Source: Octopus vulgaris
Taxonomy: Eukaryota
DNA: 64,000 nt
NCBI GenBank assembly: GCA_951406725.2
Contig: OX597816.1
Span: 136,524,001-136,588,000 of the forward strand
Direction: 5' to 3'
Both the position numbers and the translations under genes were made by a program. The notes beneath the pieces were generated by a model. The model did no database searches. It was not told the origin of the DNA and worked only from the letters and a program-made list of their open reading frames with translations. Position 1 is the stretch's first letter, and each line of letters opens with the position of its first letter. This document shows positions 40,035 through 52,232 of the stretch, piece by piece.

Positions 40035-41055
40035 ATTACATGGAGAATATGAGCAAGATAAGTAATATTCTTAAGATCATAAACCTGGAAAATTACAGAA
40101 CAACTTATTACATCTGGTAAATTATAGAACAAGAAATTTTTTACTTAAAATATTGCAGCAAAGGATAAAATTTCAAATAAAATATTTAGATTTAGGAAAT
40201 ATTAGCTTTTATTAAAACTAAAAATTTTATTACAAGTTATTACTTCTATTTGTAACTTCTATTAAAAATTAAAAATAACTCAAAATATTTTTTGCACATT
40301 AAAAAAATTCATTTTTTAAAATGATTAATTAGTAATTAGAAATTTGAAAATAGGTTATAAAAATAATAGTAGTACATAATTAGCTAGTACAATAAATAGA
40401 ATAATACAAAAATTTGTTACATATTACAGTAAAATCTACCTATAACAACAAATTCACAGTAAAATTTGCTTGAGTTATTGCCTAAATTTTTGTCAATTCT
40501 TCAAATTTTTAGTCCTGACCCAATACTTATTTTTAACATAATGAATTTGCCTGTATATACTGTTCTACTTTGCATAAAACTTTAGCTATATTGATACTTC
40601 TGGCTCTCATTCCTTAACCCTTTCGTTACCAACCCGGCTGAAACCGGCTCTGGCTCTGAGTACAAATGTCTTGTTTTCAAAAGTTTTGAACTAAAATCTT
40701 CCACCAAACCTTAGTCACAATTTATTTCCTAACACTAGCTGAATGATAACTAAGTTATTTTACTAAGTTCTTTGTTATGTTGAAAGAAGCACAGAGCATC
40801 TCAAAATAATTACTGTAACGAAAGGGTTAAGTATTCTAGTGTACCAATATTTTAACAAAATGATGGTACCTTTAATTATAATGTTACTCTGTAAATTAAA
40901 ATCAAATAATTTTTGATATTGAAATTTTATCCTTAGCTACAATATTTTAAGTAAAAATGTTCTTGCTCTATACTTTACCAGATGTAATGAGTTGTCTTTC
41001 CAAGGTTTATAATCTTAAGAATATTATTTCTGTTGCTTGCATTTTTCCATGTAAT
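40035..41055. mobile_element. ~1-kb foldback-like element with ~150-bp inverted arms
   Basis: 40035-40185 (attacatgga...ttacttaaaatattgcagcaaaggataaaatttcaa) is the reverse complement of ~40900-41055, with substitutions and small indels. Confidence 0.7.
40618..40826 (+). mobile_element. piggyBac-type MITE family 1
   Basis: TTAA TSD (40614-40617, 40827-40830), perfect TIR ccctttcgttac/gtaacgaaaggg, internally similar to 3545-3764. Confidence 0.85.
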
Positions 41056-41836
41056 CCATGTTTTTTCCAGGCTATGTTATTATGCTAATCAATAATGTGT
41101 CAATTAGCGGTGTCGTTGATAATTCTTTCCTTACTTCAATAACACTGGTGGCATATATTAAAAGTCCCTTTATAGAACTATATTCATAAAAATGTATAGA
41201 GCTATATTATGACCCTCAAATTTGGGAAACACTCATAACTTGTTACTTTTAAAACTTCATTGTATGAGATTGATATCATAGTTAATTATACTTCAATCCA
41301 ATTTTTTTCTAGTGGTTTTTTTCATGATATTTTACCTCACAACTTTTTTGATACAAATTTTTGTTGTATGGGAACAAAACTATGAAATTCTTCATGCTTT
41401 CTTCCATCATTAAAGCTAAATATATTTTGCTTTTAAAATAAAAAATGGTATTTAGATCTAAACTTGATTGGTGGTGTTTCCTACTCTCTTATAACATTGC
41501 TACAAATTTTGATGTAAACTTTTTTCTATTGGTTCAAGTCTCAATTTTTTTATGCCAAAATGTAGCCAGAGACCAATCCTCTTCAAAAATGTAAACAGTT
41601 TTCAATTTGGTTAAGGACTGAATTAGTGACAAGCTCTGAAAGGTGCTGTGTGTGAGTAAATTGCGCCCTTAAGAATATTATTCAACTATTACCGTAGTTG
41701 AAGTGTTTATATATATATATATATATACTTGATATTTAGCAGAAGCAACAGAGTGACTCAAAAGCTGAGAGTTTCGTGTATTAGCACTTCTCTAGCTAAG
41801 TTTAAATTACTCTCTTGCTTTTGCTAAATATTAATG

Positions 41837-41862
<26 letters not shown>

Positions 41863-41867
<5 letters not shown>

Positions 41868-42053
41868 TAATCCAAACATGAACACACAACAACGCGAGGA
41901 CGTGGAACAAATTTAGTATTATTGGACGCTCAGGAAGGAAGGGAAGAAGGAGGGTTTTACGTTCCGAGTGGAGCTCTTCATCAGAAACATAGGAAAAGGA
42001 AAGATCCAGAGAAGGGAAGACAGAGGGAAAAAAATCGCCAATAGTACACACGC

Positions 42054-42055
<2 letters not shown>
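41863..42055 (-). mobile_element. Short non-autonomous Penelope-like (pseudo-LTR/retrozyme-like) element in (TA)n
   Basis: ~190 bp flanked by (TA)n on both sides, pyrimidine-rich on the - strand, contains a hammerhead motif. Confidence 0.55.
41954..41988 (-). ncRNA. Penelope-type minimal hammerhead motif with one core change (GAAA>GGAA)
   Basis: Minus strand: GUUU-CUGAUGA-A-GAG(CUCCA)CUC-GGAA-C-GUA^AAAC, inside a (TA)n-flanked element. Confidence 0.6.
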
Positions 42056-42099
<44 letters not shown>

Positions 42100-42478
42100 A
42101 ACAGGTGCAGGCATGACTGTGTGGTAAGAAACTTGCTTCCCAACTACATGGTTCGAGATTCAGTCCCACTGTGTAGCACCTTGAGCAAATATCTTCTACT
42201 ATAGCCTCAGGCTGACCAAAGCCTAGTGAATGGATTTGATCAACAGAAAATGAAAGAAGCCCATTGGGTGTGTGTGTGTCTGTGTTTGTTTCCCATACAC
42301 ACTTCACAACTGGTGTTGATGTGTTTATGTTTCCATAACTTTGCAGTTCAACAAAAGAAACTGATAGAATAAGTACCACTTCTTTTTTAAAAAAAAGTAA
42401 ACTGGGGTCAATTCATTCTACTAAAAATTCAAGGTGGTGCCCCAACATGGCCACAGCCTAGTGACTGAAACAAGTAAA

Positions 42479-42522
<44 letters not shown>

Positions 42523-44766
42523 GCACACACACACACACACACAAACCTATACAATATGCGTGTGTGTGTGTGTTGAGGATGGAGTGAATGTGGATGTCAC
42601 AGAACTATGATGAGTGTGTTGTTATATCAAAGCTGTCAGAATGAATAGAAAACCAGGGCTTGTCTTATAGATCTGGCCAGTCCAAAATCTATTGGAAACA
42701 CTTTTTTTCTTTTTTTATTATACATACCTTTTTCCCCCAACAACATTCTCTAGAATGTTACTTTAAAAAGAAGAAATAAAAACACATTGCAATAACCTAA
42801 TTCACAGATAAATTGAAGTCATTAAGTATTGACTATTTTATTGGAGATATTTTCTGTTTGATCACTCTAAAACAGATGAAATTATTGATCTGTTAGTTAA
42901 CAAAACATCAAGATAAGCATTGATCTATGCTTTTATATACTCTGTACAGCAAAATATTGTTGCAGTCTAGGATATTTAATTAGAGCATGATAAATTAGTT
43001 AAGTTAGTGCTAACATATTTATTGTATGGAATAGTAAAATGTTAACTAGAAATAAATATGCAATGAGGATACTGAAGCAGTATCAATCAATGCTAATATT
43101 ATTTTGTGCTTTTCTGGTGAGTATGGAACATCAACTCTGAATATGTTTTGATTGTATTCTGTCCTTCTCAGTGAAGCATAATATTTGCTTTTTAAGTTTT
43201 ATCACATAAGGAAGGGTAGTACTAATGACCCTTTTCAGTGCCTCTAACTAGAAAAATAAACAAGTTGTACTCGAATCAGAGACCTGGGTGAAATGCTTGC
43301 AACAGAATGCATTTTGCTAAAAGCACTCAAAGGCCAGGTGTTGGTGTCAAACCCAGCTGTGGATCAGGTGTAGTGCCCAAGAGCTTAGCTTGGTGAAGTA
43401 ATAATAAATGAATTATTGTGTGTATGGAGAGAGAGAGAGAGTAAATAAACAGATAAAACTGTTTGGGTTAGATATACAAAATATATATACATGTATCCAT
43501 GTGAATAGAGAGAAGGCAAAGACTGAAGATTTTCAGACAGTGAAACAGAGCAAACTTACACAGAGTACAAAGACACAGTAAAAATCAATGAGGAGAAGGT
43601 ATAGTGTTACAGATCTGACAGCTGTTTCTAGGGGCTCAGAGTTACTTCATAATGTTGTTACATACAGCCCAATGGACTGTAACAAAACAAAACTTTACTT
43701 GCACTTACAGAAAAGCATATGTACAGAAGAATTTACATACTAAAAAATACATGAACATACTCACACAATATTGTACTCTTATGCCCATCAATATACATAT
43801 AGACTACACAGAGACAAACATTAGCACAGCCACATATGCATACATACACATGAGTATACTGTTGTGTGAGTGCTTTTGTGTATTTTTCAATATGTTAGTT
43901 TTTCTGTACATATGCTCCTCCAAATGCAAGTAAGGTTTTGGTTATGCTACAGTCCCTTGAGCTAGAAAGTATTTTGGAGTGTGGTTCAAAAATGTGATTA
44001 AGATTTAGGTCCATAAGTCTTTGTGTGGTCTTTTGACCTTTTAACCCTATTTTAAAATTACTATTGTTCGATAGTATTTTTTAGTTTAATCTATATTACT
44101 ATTATTCAATAGATTTTTTTGATTTAATCTTTGTATCTCCAGCTGTCTGTTCTATTTAATTCATTTATACTATTTTTTTATATGTACTTTTGTGCTGGTG
44201 TGGCTGTGTGGTAAGAAGCTTGCTTCTCAGTCACATGGTTCTAGGTTCAGTCCCACTGTGTGGCCACTTGGGCAAGTTCCTTCTTTTATAGCCTTGGGCT
44301 GACCAAAGTCTTGTGTATGGATTTGATATTTAGAAACTGAAAGAAGCCTATCGTGTGTGTATGACTTTGCCACCACCCCTAGGTTACAGAGACATAAACA
44401 CACCAACAACGGTTGTCAAGTGGTGACGGGGGAATAATCACAGACACATAGACACACATGCATAGATATAAATATATAGAAATAATATATATATACATAC
44501 GACAGGGCTTCTTTCAGTTTCCATCTACCAAATCCACTTACAAGGCCTTAGTTGGCCTGAGGCTATAGAAGACACTTGCCAAAGGTGCCACGCAGTGGCA
44601 CTGAACCTGGAACCATGTGGTTGGGAAGCAAGCTTCTTATCACACAGCCATGCCTGTGCCTATACATATATATTCCAGTCCACTCTACTTTTCAACACAA
44701 TCCTTCCTGTTCCATTTTGTTGGCTTTATAATCTCTTCTCTGGACTTGTACCTGCTTCATGTTATA

Positions 44767-45296
44767 CAGTGATACCTCACTTTACAAGACCCCAGATTTA
44801 AGAGTTTTATTTTCCAAGCACAAGATCCAAATTTTGAACAAAGTGCAAAAGTTTCTACTACCGTAACAAATGCTTCTGCATGTTACAAAGAAATTTATAG
44901 AGAGCAATAAAAAGCTTCTTCTAAACAAACAACTCTAGACTTGTTTCTTAAAATGAAATCTACAAGTCCGTCTATGAGTGTTTGTGAATTGACAATTGCA
45001 CCTACACATGATGTTATGCACAACTCTAGTGATTCAAAAAACGATTATAGTAATAATATGTTTTTATCGTAAATGATCTTGACATTCTTTTTACTTTACA
45101 TAAACTATTCTTTACATTCTACTGTTGTTTTATTGTCATTTATTTATGAGTATTATAAATTTTATTGGTAAAATATTTTTCTGGGAGTGAATTAGGATTT
45201 ATAACATTACTACTATGCAAAATTATTGCTCTGCCTTATGAGTTTTCACTTTATGAGCAGTCTCTAGGAACAGATTAACTCATCGAGGCATTACTG
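44767..45296. mobile_element. Tigger/pogo-type non-autonomous element
   Basis: TA-cagtgatacctc ... gaggcattactg-TA (10/12 TIR match). Confidence 0.55.
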
Positions 45297-45908
45297 TATA
45301 TCTTTATCTCTACAGTCTTTATTACATCCTTCTTTTACATTTTTTTCTTTTTTTGTATCCTTTTTATAATCCTTCCTCTCTCTTTTTTCCCCACTGTCTC
45401 TCTTTTCAATATTCACATGTCTTCCATAAATATTTCTTAACCCTTCTCATCCCCTTTCCTTTCTGCCTCTTTACATAATCTTTCATATACAGCTTTTTCT
45501 AGTATTCACTTAACTTTTCATTTATTTTTCCTCTTATTATTTTCCACCTTTACCCACTTTTTAACCTTTCTTCCACACCTGTATTTGCTTTAATTTCTTT
45601 GTCTCCCCTACTACACTGTTTACTCTGTTGTTTCCCTCTTTTTTCTTTCCCTTTTTTCTGCCTTCTCTCTTTCCCCTTGCTTTTTCCACATTCACATCCC
45701 ACTCAACTCCACTCACCCCCAGTCAGCCACCTGTACCCCATGCCACTTCCCCCACCACCTGTCACATACTCTCCTTTATATTCACGAAACTTCCTACATC
45801 TTCCCCTACTTCTTAGCTCCTCCCCATAGAACCACATTCCCACCCAACCCCTAAGCCTTTTTCTCTCCTCTTCCATTCTTTCCACCACACTTGACTTTTT
45901 TCTTGCCT

Positions 45909-45949
45909 TGTTTTTTCTGATGAGGGACTTTGTCTGAAAAATCGAAGCA
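45909..45949 (+). ncRNA. Hammerhead-like motif on the sense strand with degenerate stem III
   Basis: UGUUUUUU-CUGAUGA-G-GGAC(UUU)GUCU-GAAA-AAUC^GAAGCA; follows a long pyrimidine-rich tract and precedes (TA)n. Confidence 0.5.
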
Positions 45950-46035
45950 CCTCTTCCTTTCTTCCTTTCTCTAGTCAAGCATGAAACTAATTATACTTTT
46001 TGAAAACTTGTCCGGTTTTGGGGTTTTTCTCATAT

Positions 46036-46102
<67 letters not shown>

Positions 46103-47430
46103 TGCATATACACTATTTAAAATAATAGCTTTTCTATCTCAACTTCCTCCCATTGTGCTTATGTCAAAGTTAAAATGGCTCTCCTCAGAGAACTACACCA
46201 AGTTGTGTAGGTCAACTATTTGGTATTTAGATATTCAGCTAGGTTAGTTGAATAAGCTGTGAAATGAGTCCCAGTTCAGTGAAAATATATTTGATAATTA
46301 ATTTGACTCTACACCAATATTGAATCTCTGTACCTGTAAATGTTCTGTTGTTATTCTTAAACCTGCATGTGTATTTAGAGGTGTGGCTGCATGGTAAGAG
46401 GCTTGCTTCCCACCTTGGGCAAGTGTCTTCTATTAGAGCCTCGAGTCAAACAAAGCCTTGTGAGTGGATTTGGTAGACAGAACCTGGAAGATTCCCCATC
46501 GTATATGTGTGTGTGTCTGTGTTTGTCCCCCACCCCACTTAACTAGTGGTTTACATCCCCATAACTTAGCAGATCAGCAAAAGAGATGGATGGAATAAGT
46601 CCCCCACCAAATTCTTGAATATGGTGCCCCAGCATGGCCACAGTCTAATGACTGAAACAAGTAAAAGATAACACACACACACACACACATATATATTAGC
46701 ATTTATACACCAATGGCTCTTCACATCCTGATAATGAAGTTGTGAAAGTCTAGAAATGATGATGATAGATTTAGAAGCTTTCATGTTCAAAATTTTACTA
46801 AAATCTTGCAACTAGAGTATAGTTATAACTTTTTTTTATATGCATCTAAAACAAAAACAGTTGCCCATATGTATATGTGCATGCAGGCATAGCTGTGTGG
46901 CTAAATTTGCTTCTCAGCGACATGGTTTTGGGTTGTAATGATACTTAGCATTCTAAACTGTAATAATTCTGTATTGAGCAGAAACTACAAGATATCAGAT
47001 TTCTGTATTTGGTACTGACAGTTTACATTAGTTGGTCTTAGCCTACCTTTAACCAATTGCTGTCCTTGTGCATTTGCATAGGTGTTAAGAGTTATGGAAA
47101 ATTCTATACAGTTTCAGGCTGAATGATGGTTATAAATTGACATATGCAGGAAATACAAGCCAGAGAGGGGAGCTAGCACTAATAGAGACCGTAGAGGTTC
47201 TAGAGGAGACGACAGATGAATGCAGAGGCTTCATAGAGGATTCTTGGTCAGCCATGCCCCTTGATCTTTTGTTAAAAGGCCGCCTTACCAAATATGAAAA
47301 CTTACATTTTCTCTTCTCCATAGAGTTTAAATGCTTTCAGCTAGTAACCTTTCTAATATTATTATGGAAATAAATGTGATTCATTAAAAACAAAATAGCA
47401 GGACTTGGTTTTTGAATAGGAAACTACACA

Positions 47431-47644
47431 AAGGCAGTGAGCTGGCAGAAATGTTAGCATGCTGGGTGAAATGCTTAGCAGTATTTCATCTGTCTTTCCG
47501 TTCTGAGTTAAAATTCCCCCAATGTCAACTTTGCCTTTCATCCTTTCGGGGTTGATAAATTAAGTATCAGTTGCATCCTGGGGTCAATCTAATCGACTGG
47601 CCCCCTCCCCCAAAAATTTTGGGCCTTGTGCTTAGAGTAGAAAA
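47431..47644 (+). mobile_element. SINE family B copy with a 17-bp TSD
   Basis: TSD gaataggaaactacaca at 47414-47430 and 47645-47661. Other family B copies at 12059, 12838, 13584, 18935, 19500-20260(-), 38455, 55292. Confidence 0.85.
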
Positions 47645-50600
47645 GAATAGGAAACTACACATCACCTGAACAAATATGCTCCTCCCAGCTACCATGGGTT
47701 TAGTCCCACTGCATGGAACCTTGAGCATCTACTACAGCCTCAAGCTAACCAAAACCTTGTGAATAGATTTGCTAGATGGAAACTGAAAGAAGCCCATTGT
47801 AGATATCTAAATTCCCCCCCATAAAACTTCACCAGTAGCATTTTTATTTTGTAAGTGGATGAGTATTCCTATTCCCCCACACTATTTCTAATACAACTAT
47901 GCATAGCCAAATGGTCGAGAAGTTCACATTGTAGCCATAAGGGCCACAGTTCAATTCCACTATATGTCACTTTCTGAGTAGACAGATGCTAGTGAAGAAG
48001 TCCGTCAAATGGGCTGTTTCCATAATTCAAAGGGTCAGCCTTGTAAACACAGTATTCAGCTGCTTACTGTACAATGCAAGCATATGTAGTTCCATTGATT
48101 GAACAACACAACTGGAATACTTGTCAATACTGATGTGGAATCCATCAGAATATTAATAGAGCATTCAAAGAAATCTGCAATGAAGAACTAGAAATAGAGT
48201 CGATAAGGAGAGACATTCAGCTTCGTTGTTGATGTATCTGCTGAGAAGAGAGAAAATAGTTATGTTATATGATAAATAATAAGAAAATTTCAATTGTTCA
48301 CTATAAATATAGCTCGAAAGATCAATAATATTCCTTACCAAACATTCCACTTCGCGCTTCAACAATTATACTGTATGTGTGTTTGTGTGTGTGTGAGTAT
48401 ATGTGTTTGTGTGTGTGAGCATATGTTTTTGTATGTGTTAGTATATGTGTTCGTGTGTATGAACATATGTGTTTGTGTGTGTGTGTGTATGTGTGTGTGC
48501 ACATGGAGATGGGTGGTGGGGATGTTATGTGACAACTTCAAAATAGAAGCATGAGATATAATTAGATATGTGAGTAAACAAGGGGCAAATGAAAACGATT
48601 AGAGCTTGTCTTTGACTATTCACCATACTAGAAATAGCAGTCAAATCTCAAATCATATTTTATTGTCTTTTTTTTTTTTTCAAATGATACATTAACAGTG
48701 TGATACCTGATAAACAAAAACAAAAATTACAAATTTCAAAGCCACAAGAAAATATAGGATTAACTTTAACGAATGTGAATAGGATTAACTTTAATGAATG
48801 TGAATATAAATAGACATTACATTTGACAAAGTAATCTCAATGCTAAAAGGTTAAATGTGGTGACAATTGTTTAGTCACTCAGTCTGCTGGAAATAATAGC
48901 CAAATCCTCAAGACAGATACATTGGACAAGAAACCAACAAAGGTGTTCTGCATGGTGACTCAACTTGTTACAAATAGCTGTGAAATTCTACTTAAACTAT
49001 ACCTTACCTTTCTTTAAAAATGATGGTCACTTCAGATAATGCAGCCCATCAAATGTGATGGTCATAACTGGAACACTTCTGATGAAAAATTGACTTGGTC
49101 AGAGTGCAGCAACATTAAAAGGCAATTACATAGACTTCTGAGACGAATTCCTAAACTGATCAAAAATCATCTGAAGAATTAATAACTGAATACCTTGTAA
49201 TGCGATATATTGATTATCGGTTCAGTATATTTCAGCTATATGAATTGATTTATTGTAAACTACCGCTGCATTATTCAGTTATTTCTGAATGTATCTCATT
49301 GATTTATGGTCCAGATACTGATAGATGCTGATGAACTGTGATAGTGGGTGACTAATTTTAGCACTTGTAGCTAACCCTCTCTATTTTTCTGTTGTTACAC
49401 TTAACAGAACTGATGATCGTTTTAGGATTTGCCTCCAGTGTGTGTGTGTTTGTGTATAAAGTGTGCAGACATGGCTATGTAATAAGTAGTTTGCTTCCCA
49501 ACCACATGGTTCTGGGTTCAGTCCCACTGCGTGACACCTTGGGCAACTGCCTTCTACTGTAGTTTCAGGTCAACCAAAACCTTGTGAGTGGAGTGAGTGG
49601 ATTTGGTAGGCGAAAACTGGAAAAAAAGAAACCATTGTGTGTGTGTGTGTCCGTCTGTCTATGTATATGTCTCCTAGTGTTGACCTTGTGTGATAGTTGT
49701 AAATGATTGCCACCATCATTCATTTCTAGTATTCTGCGAAGACATGTCCAGTCATTGGGAAACATTACCTTGCTTGGAAACAAGTGAGGGTTGATGACAT
49801 GAGAAAAATTCACCTGAATAAACTGTGTCCAACATATGCAAGCATGGAAAGTGGACATTAAAAAGATAATGATATACGTGTGTGTGTGTGTGTGTGTTTA
49901 TGTATACAAGATTCAGCAAAGAAATCTGATGGTTTTTAATAGGCAATAATTTGATTGACAGAAACGGAAGCCACAAGCTCAGTTTTGTTGGGCAGCACCT
50001 GATAGTTTCTCTGTAAATATGAAACCTGGGGAACATGCAACGTTGTGTTTTTGTGATATTATTTTGTGTAAAAATTTTTACTAGCTTCTTCAGAGATAGC
50101 AAAATTTTCGTTTGCATTTGAATGTTGGCCATTTTGGAAAAGTCTCTAACTGGGAAACTTCAAGTTGAATGGTTCATTATACAGAAAGGGAACTGTCAAG
50201 GCACTAAAGAATATTGTGGCCATATACTATGTGATCAGATGATGTGATTTTCCTTATTAGTGATGAATCTTATTTCCATCTGGTTGTGGTTGTGTAAATA
50301 AGCAAAACTTATACTTTTGGTTGGATAGCAATGCACTTCTTGAGTATTCATGAAGTTGCACATTACTATATGGTATTGGGATCTAGTTGTGTTTACAGTT
50401 AGAATGAAGAAAGTGGATTTGGTGTGAACATGATGGATATAGTTCGTACAGTTGGGGTTATACATTTCATGACAATATTTGAGGATCAAATGAAAGAGAT
50501 AGTGGTTTTAGAGTTTTAGATGTACCTGAATATATTTAGGTTATCATACATATTGTAGCAGGGACTTCAGTAGTTGAAGTTGGCTGCAGTAAAATATCTA

Positions 50601-51771
50601 GTTGATTTTTTATTCTAATTATTTTAACTTTATTGTATAAGTAAGCTCTGTTATGGAGAGATTAGGAGCCTAGGCAGGATTGGTACAACTCTTTAGCATT
50701 CAGATTATTTTGTCAAATATCATGTGTATATATTCATCTTGTTTTGAATTGATCATATATTATCTTGGAGCTTTGAGATTTTGATGGTATGATTCTTTAT
50801 TTTTAGAATGATATTTTGGGGCAAATGTGAAAAGCTGGATCTGGCCAGGTAGAATATTTGGGCTGGATATGGTCAGTTTAAATGCTGATGGGATAATTCA
50901 TAATTGAAATGAAGCAATGTTTTTATAGACAAGTATTGTGTTTTTCTGTGGACGAAATTTGGTGCAAATGAATGTTTAAGTATATTTGTGCATCACTATG
51001 TTCCGTCTGTATAACGAATATTCTAGAAGGATTATATGTAATTCCTAGTATTTGGAGTCTTTACTAATTTTCTATCAACATCTCATAATGTTATCACCTT
51101 ACCTGGCTTCTACATCATTGGTGGAAACATAAAAGATCTTTTGCAGTCTTCTACTTTGAATAAAATACTAGTTTCAATTTAAATGTTTATCTGATTGCCA
51201 AGTTTTGTCTGGCTTCACTTTACACTAGTATAACTTTTCTCACCGTTTCAGATAAGTTTCTGGAAGTACTACTATCTTAACCCATCTATCTAAACTTGAA
51301 GCTTAGACCGCAATGCATTTTATGTATGAAAGCCACAGCTGGGAATCAATTTCTATAGCAACAGATATTCACTATTAAGTTTAACAATTTTTGGACTATT
51401 TCTTATTCTAATTTAAATTTTCATAGCTGATTTAATGTAAAATAATTCTCTTTTTCCTTTGGATTGTGAACATAATTGATTTGGCAGCAATATAGGGAAG
51501 AAAACATGTGAACTTAAAAATATATGCTTGTGTATTTTAGCTGATGAGGTATTTTTACATAATTTACATAGGATTCTTGTTGCTTTTAAGTAGATTATTT
51601 CATCTTGATTATTTGAAAGCTATTGCACTTTGTTATACATACGCACATATACATACATTATTTGTGTGTGTGTGTGTGTGTGTGTGTGTATGCAATTATA
51701 TATATATGTGTGCATATATGCATATATATGTGTGTGTGCATGTGTATATATGTATATGTATATATATATAT

Positions 51772-52185
51772 ATCATCATCATCATCATCATCGTCGTTTA
51801 ACGTCCGTTCTCCATGCTAGCATGGGTTGGACGGTTCGACCGGGGATCTGGGAAGCCAGAAGGCTGCACCAGGCTCCAGTCTTATCTGGCAGTGTTTCTA
51901 CAGCTGGATGCCCTTCCTAACGCCAACCACTCCGTGAGTGTAGTGGGTGCTTTTACGTGCCACCTGCACAGGTGCCAGGCGAGGCTGGCAACGGCCACGG
52001 TCGGATTGGTGTATTTTATGTGCCACCGGCACGGAAGCCAGATGAGGCGGTGCTGGCATCGGCTACGAATCGGATGGTGCTTTTTACGTACCACCAGACC
52101 AGGGATCCTGGCTGGTTCAATTCGATTTCGATTTCGCTTGCCCCAAAATGTCTTCGCAAGCAAGGGGGTTGGCATGGGTGCCTGT
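51772..52185 (-). mobile_element. SINE family E with (GAT)n tail, probably RTE-mobilised
   Basis: (ATC)n followed by gtttaacgtccg...ggatgcccttcctaacgccaacc and internal gtgcttttta(c/t)gtgcc repeats. Copies at 18308-18517(-), 22212-22445(-), 28740-28935, 30382-30667 (inside a family A SINE), 52600-52790(-), 59420-59630(-). Confidence 0.7.
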
Positions 52186-52194
52186 TGTATTGTA

Positions 52195-52232
<38 letters not shown>

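Noticed and set aside
40120-40500. Possible mitochondrial insertion (very AT-rich)
   Set aside because: No mitochondrial gene, rRNA or tRNA motif recognised; explained as the arm and spacer of a foldback element.
43522-43550. CUGAAGA...GAAAC on the + strand
   Set aside because: No stem II or stem I pairing and no NUH triplet in position.
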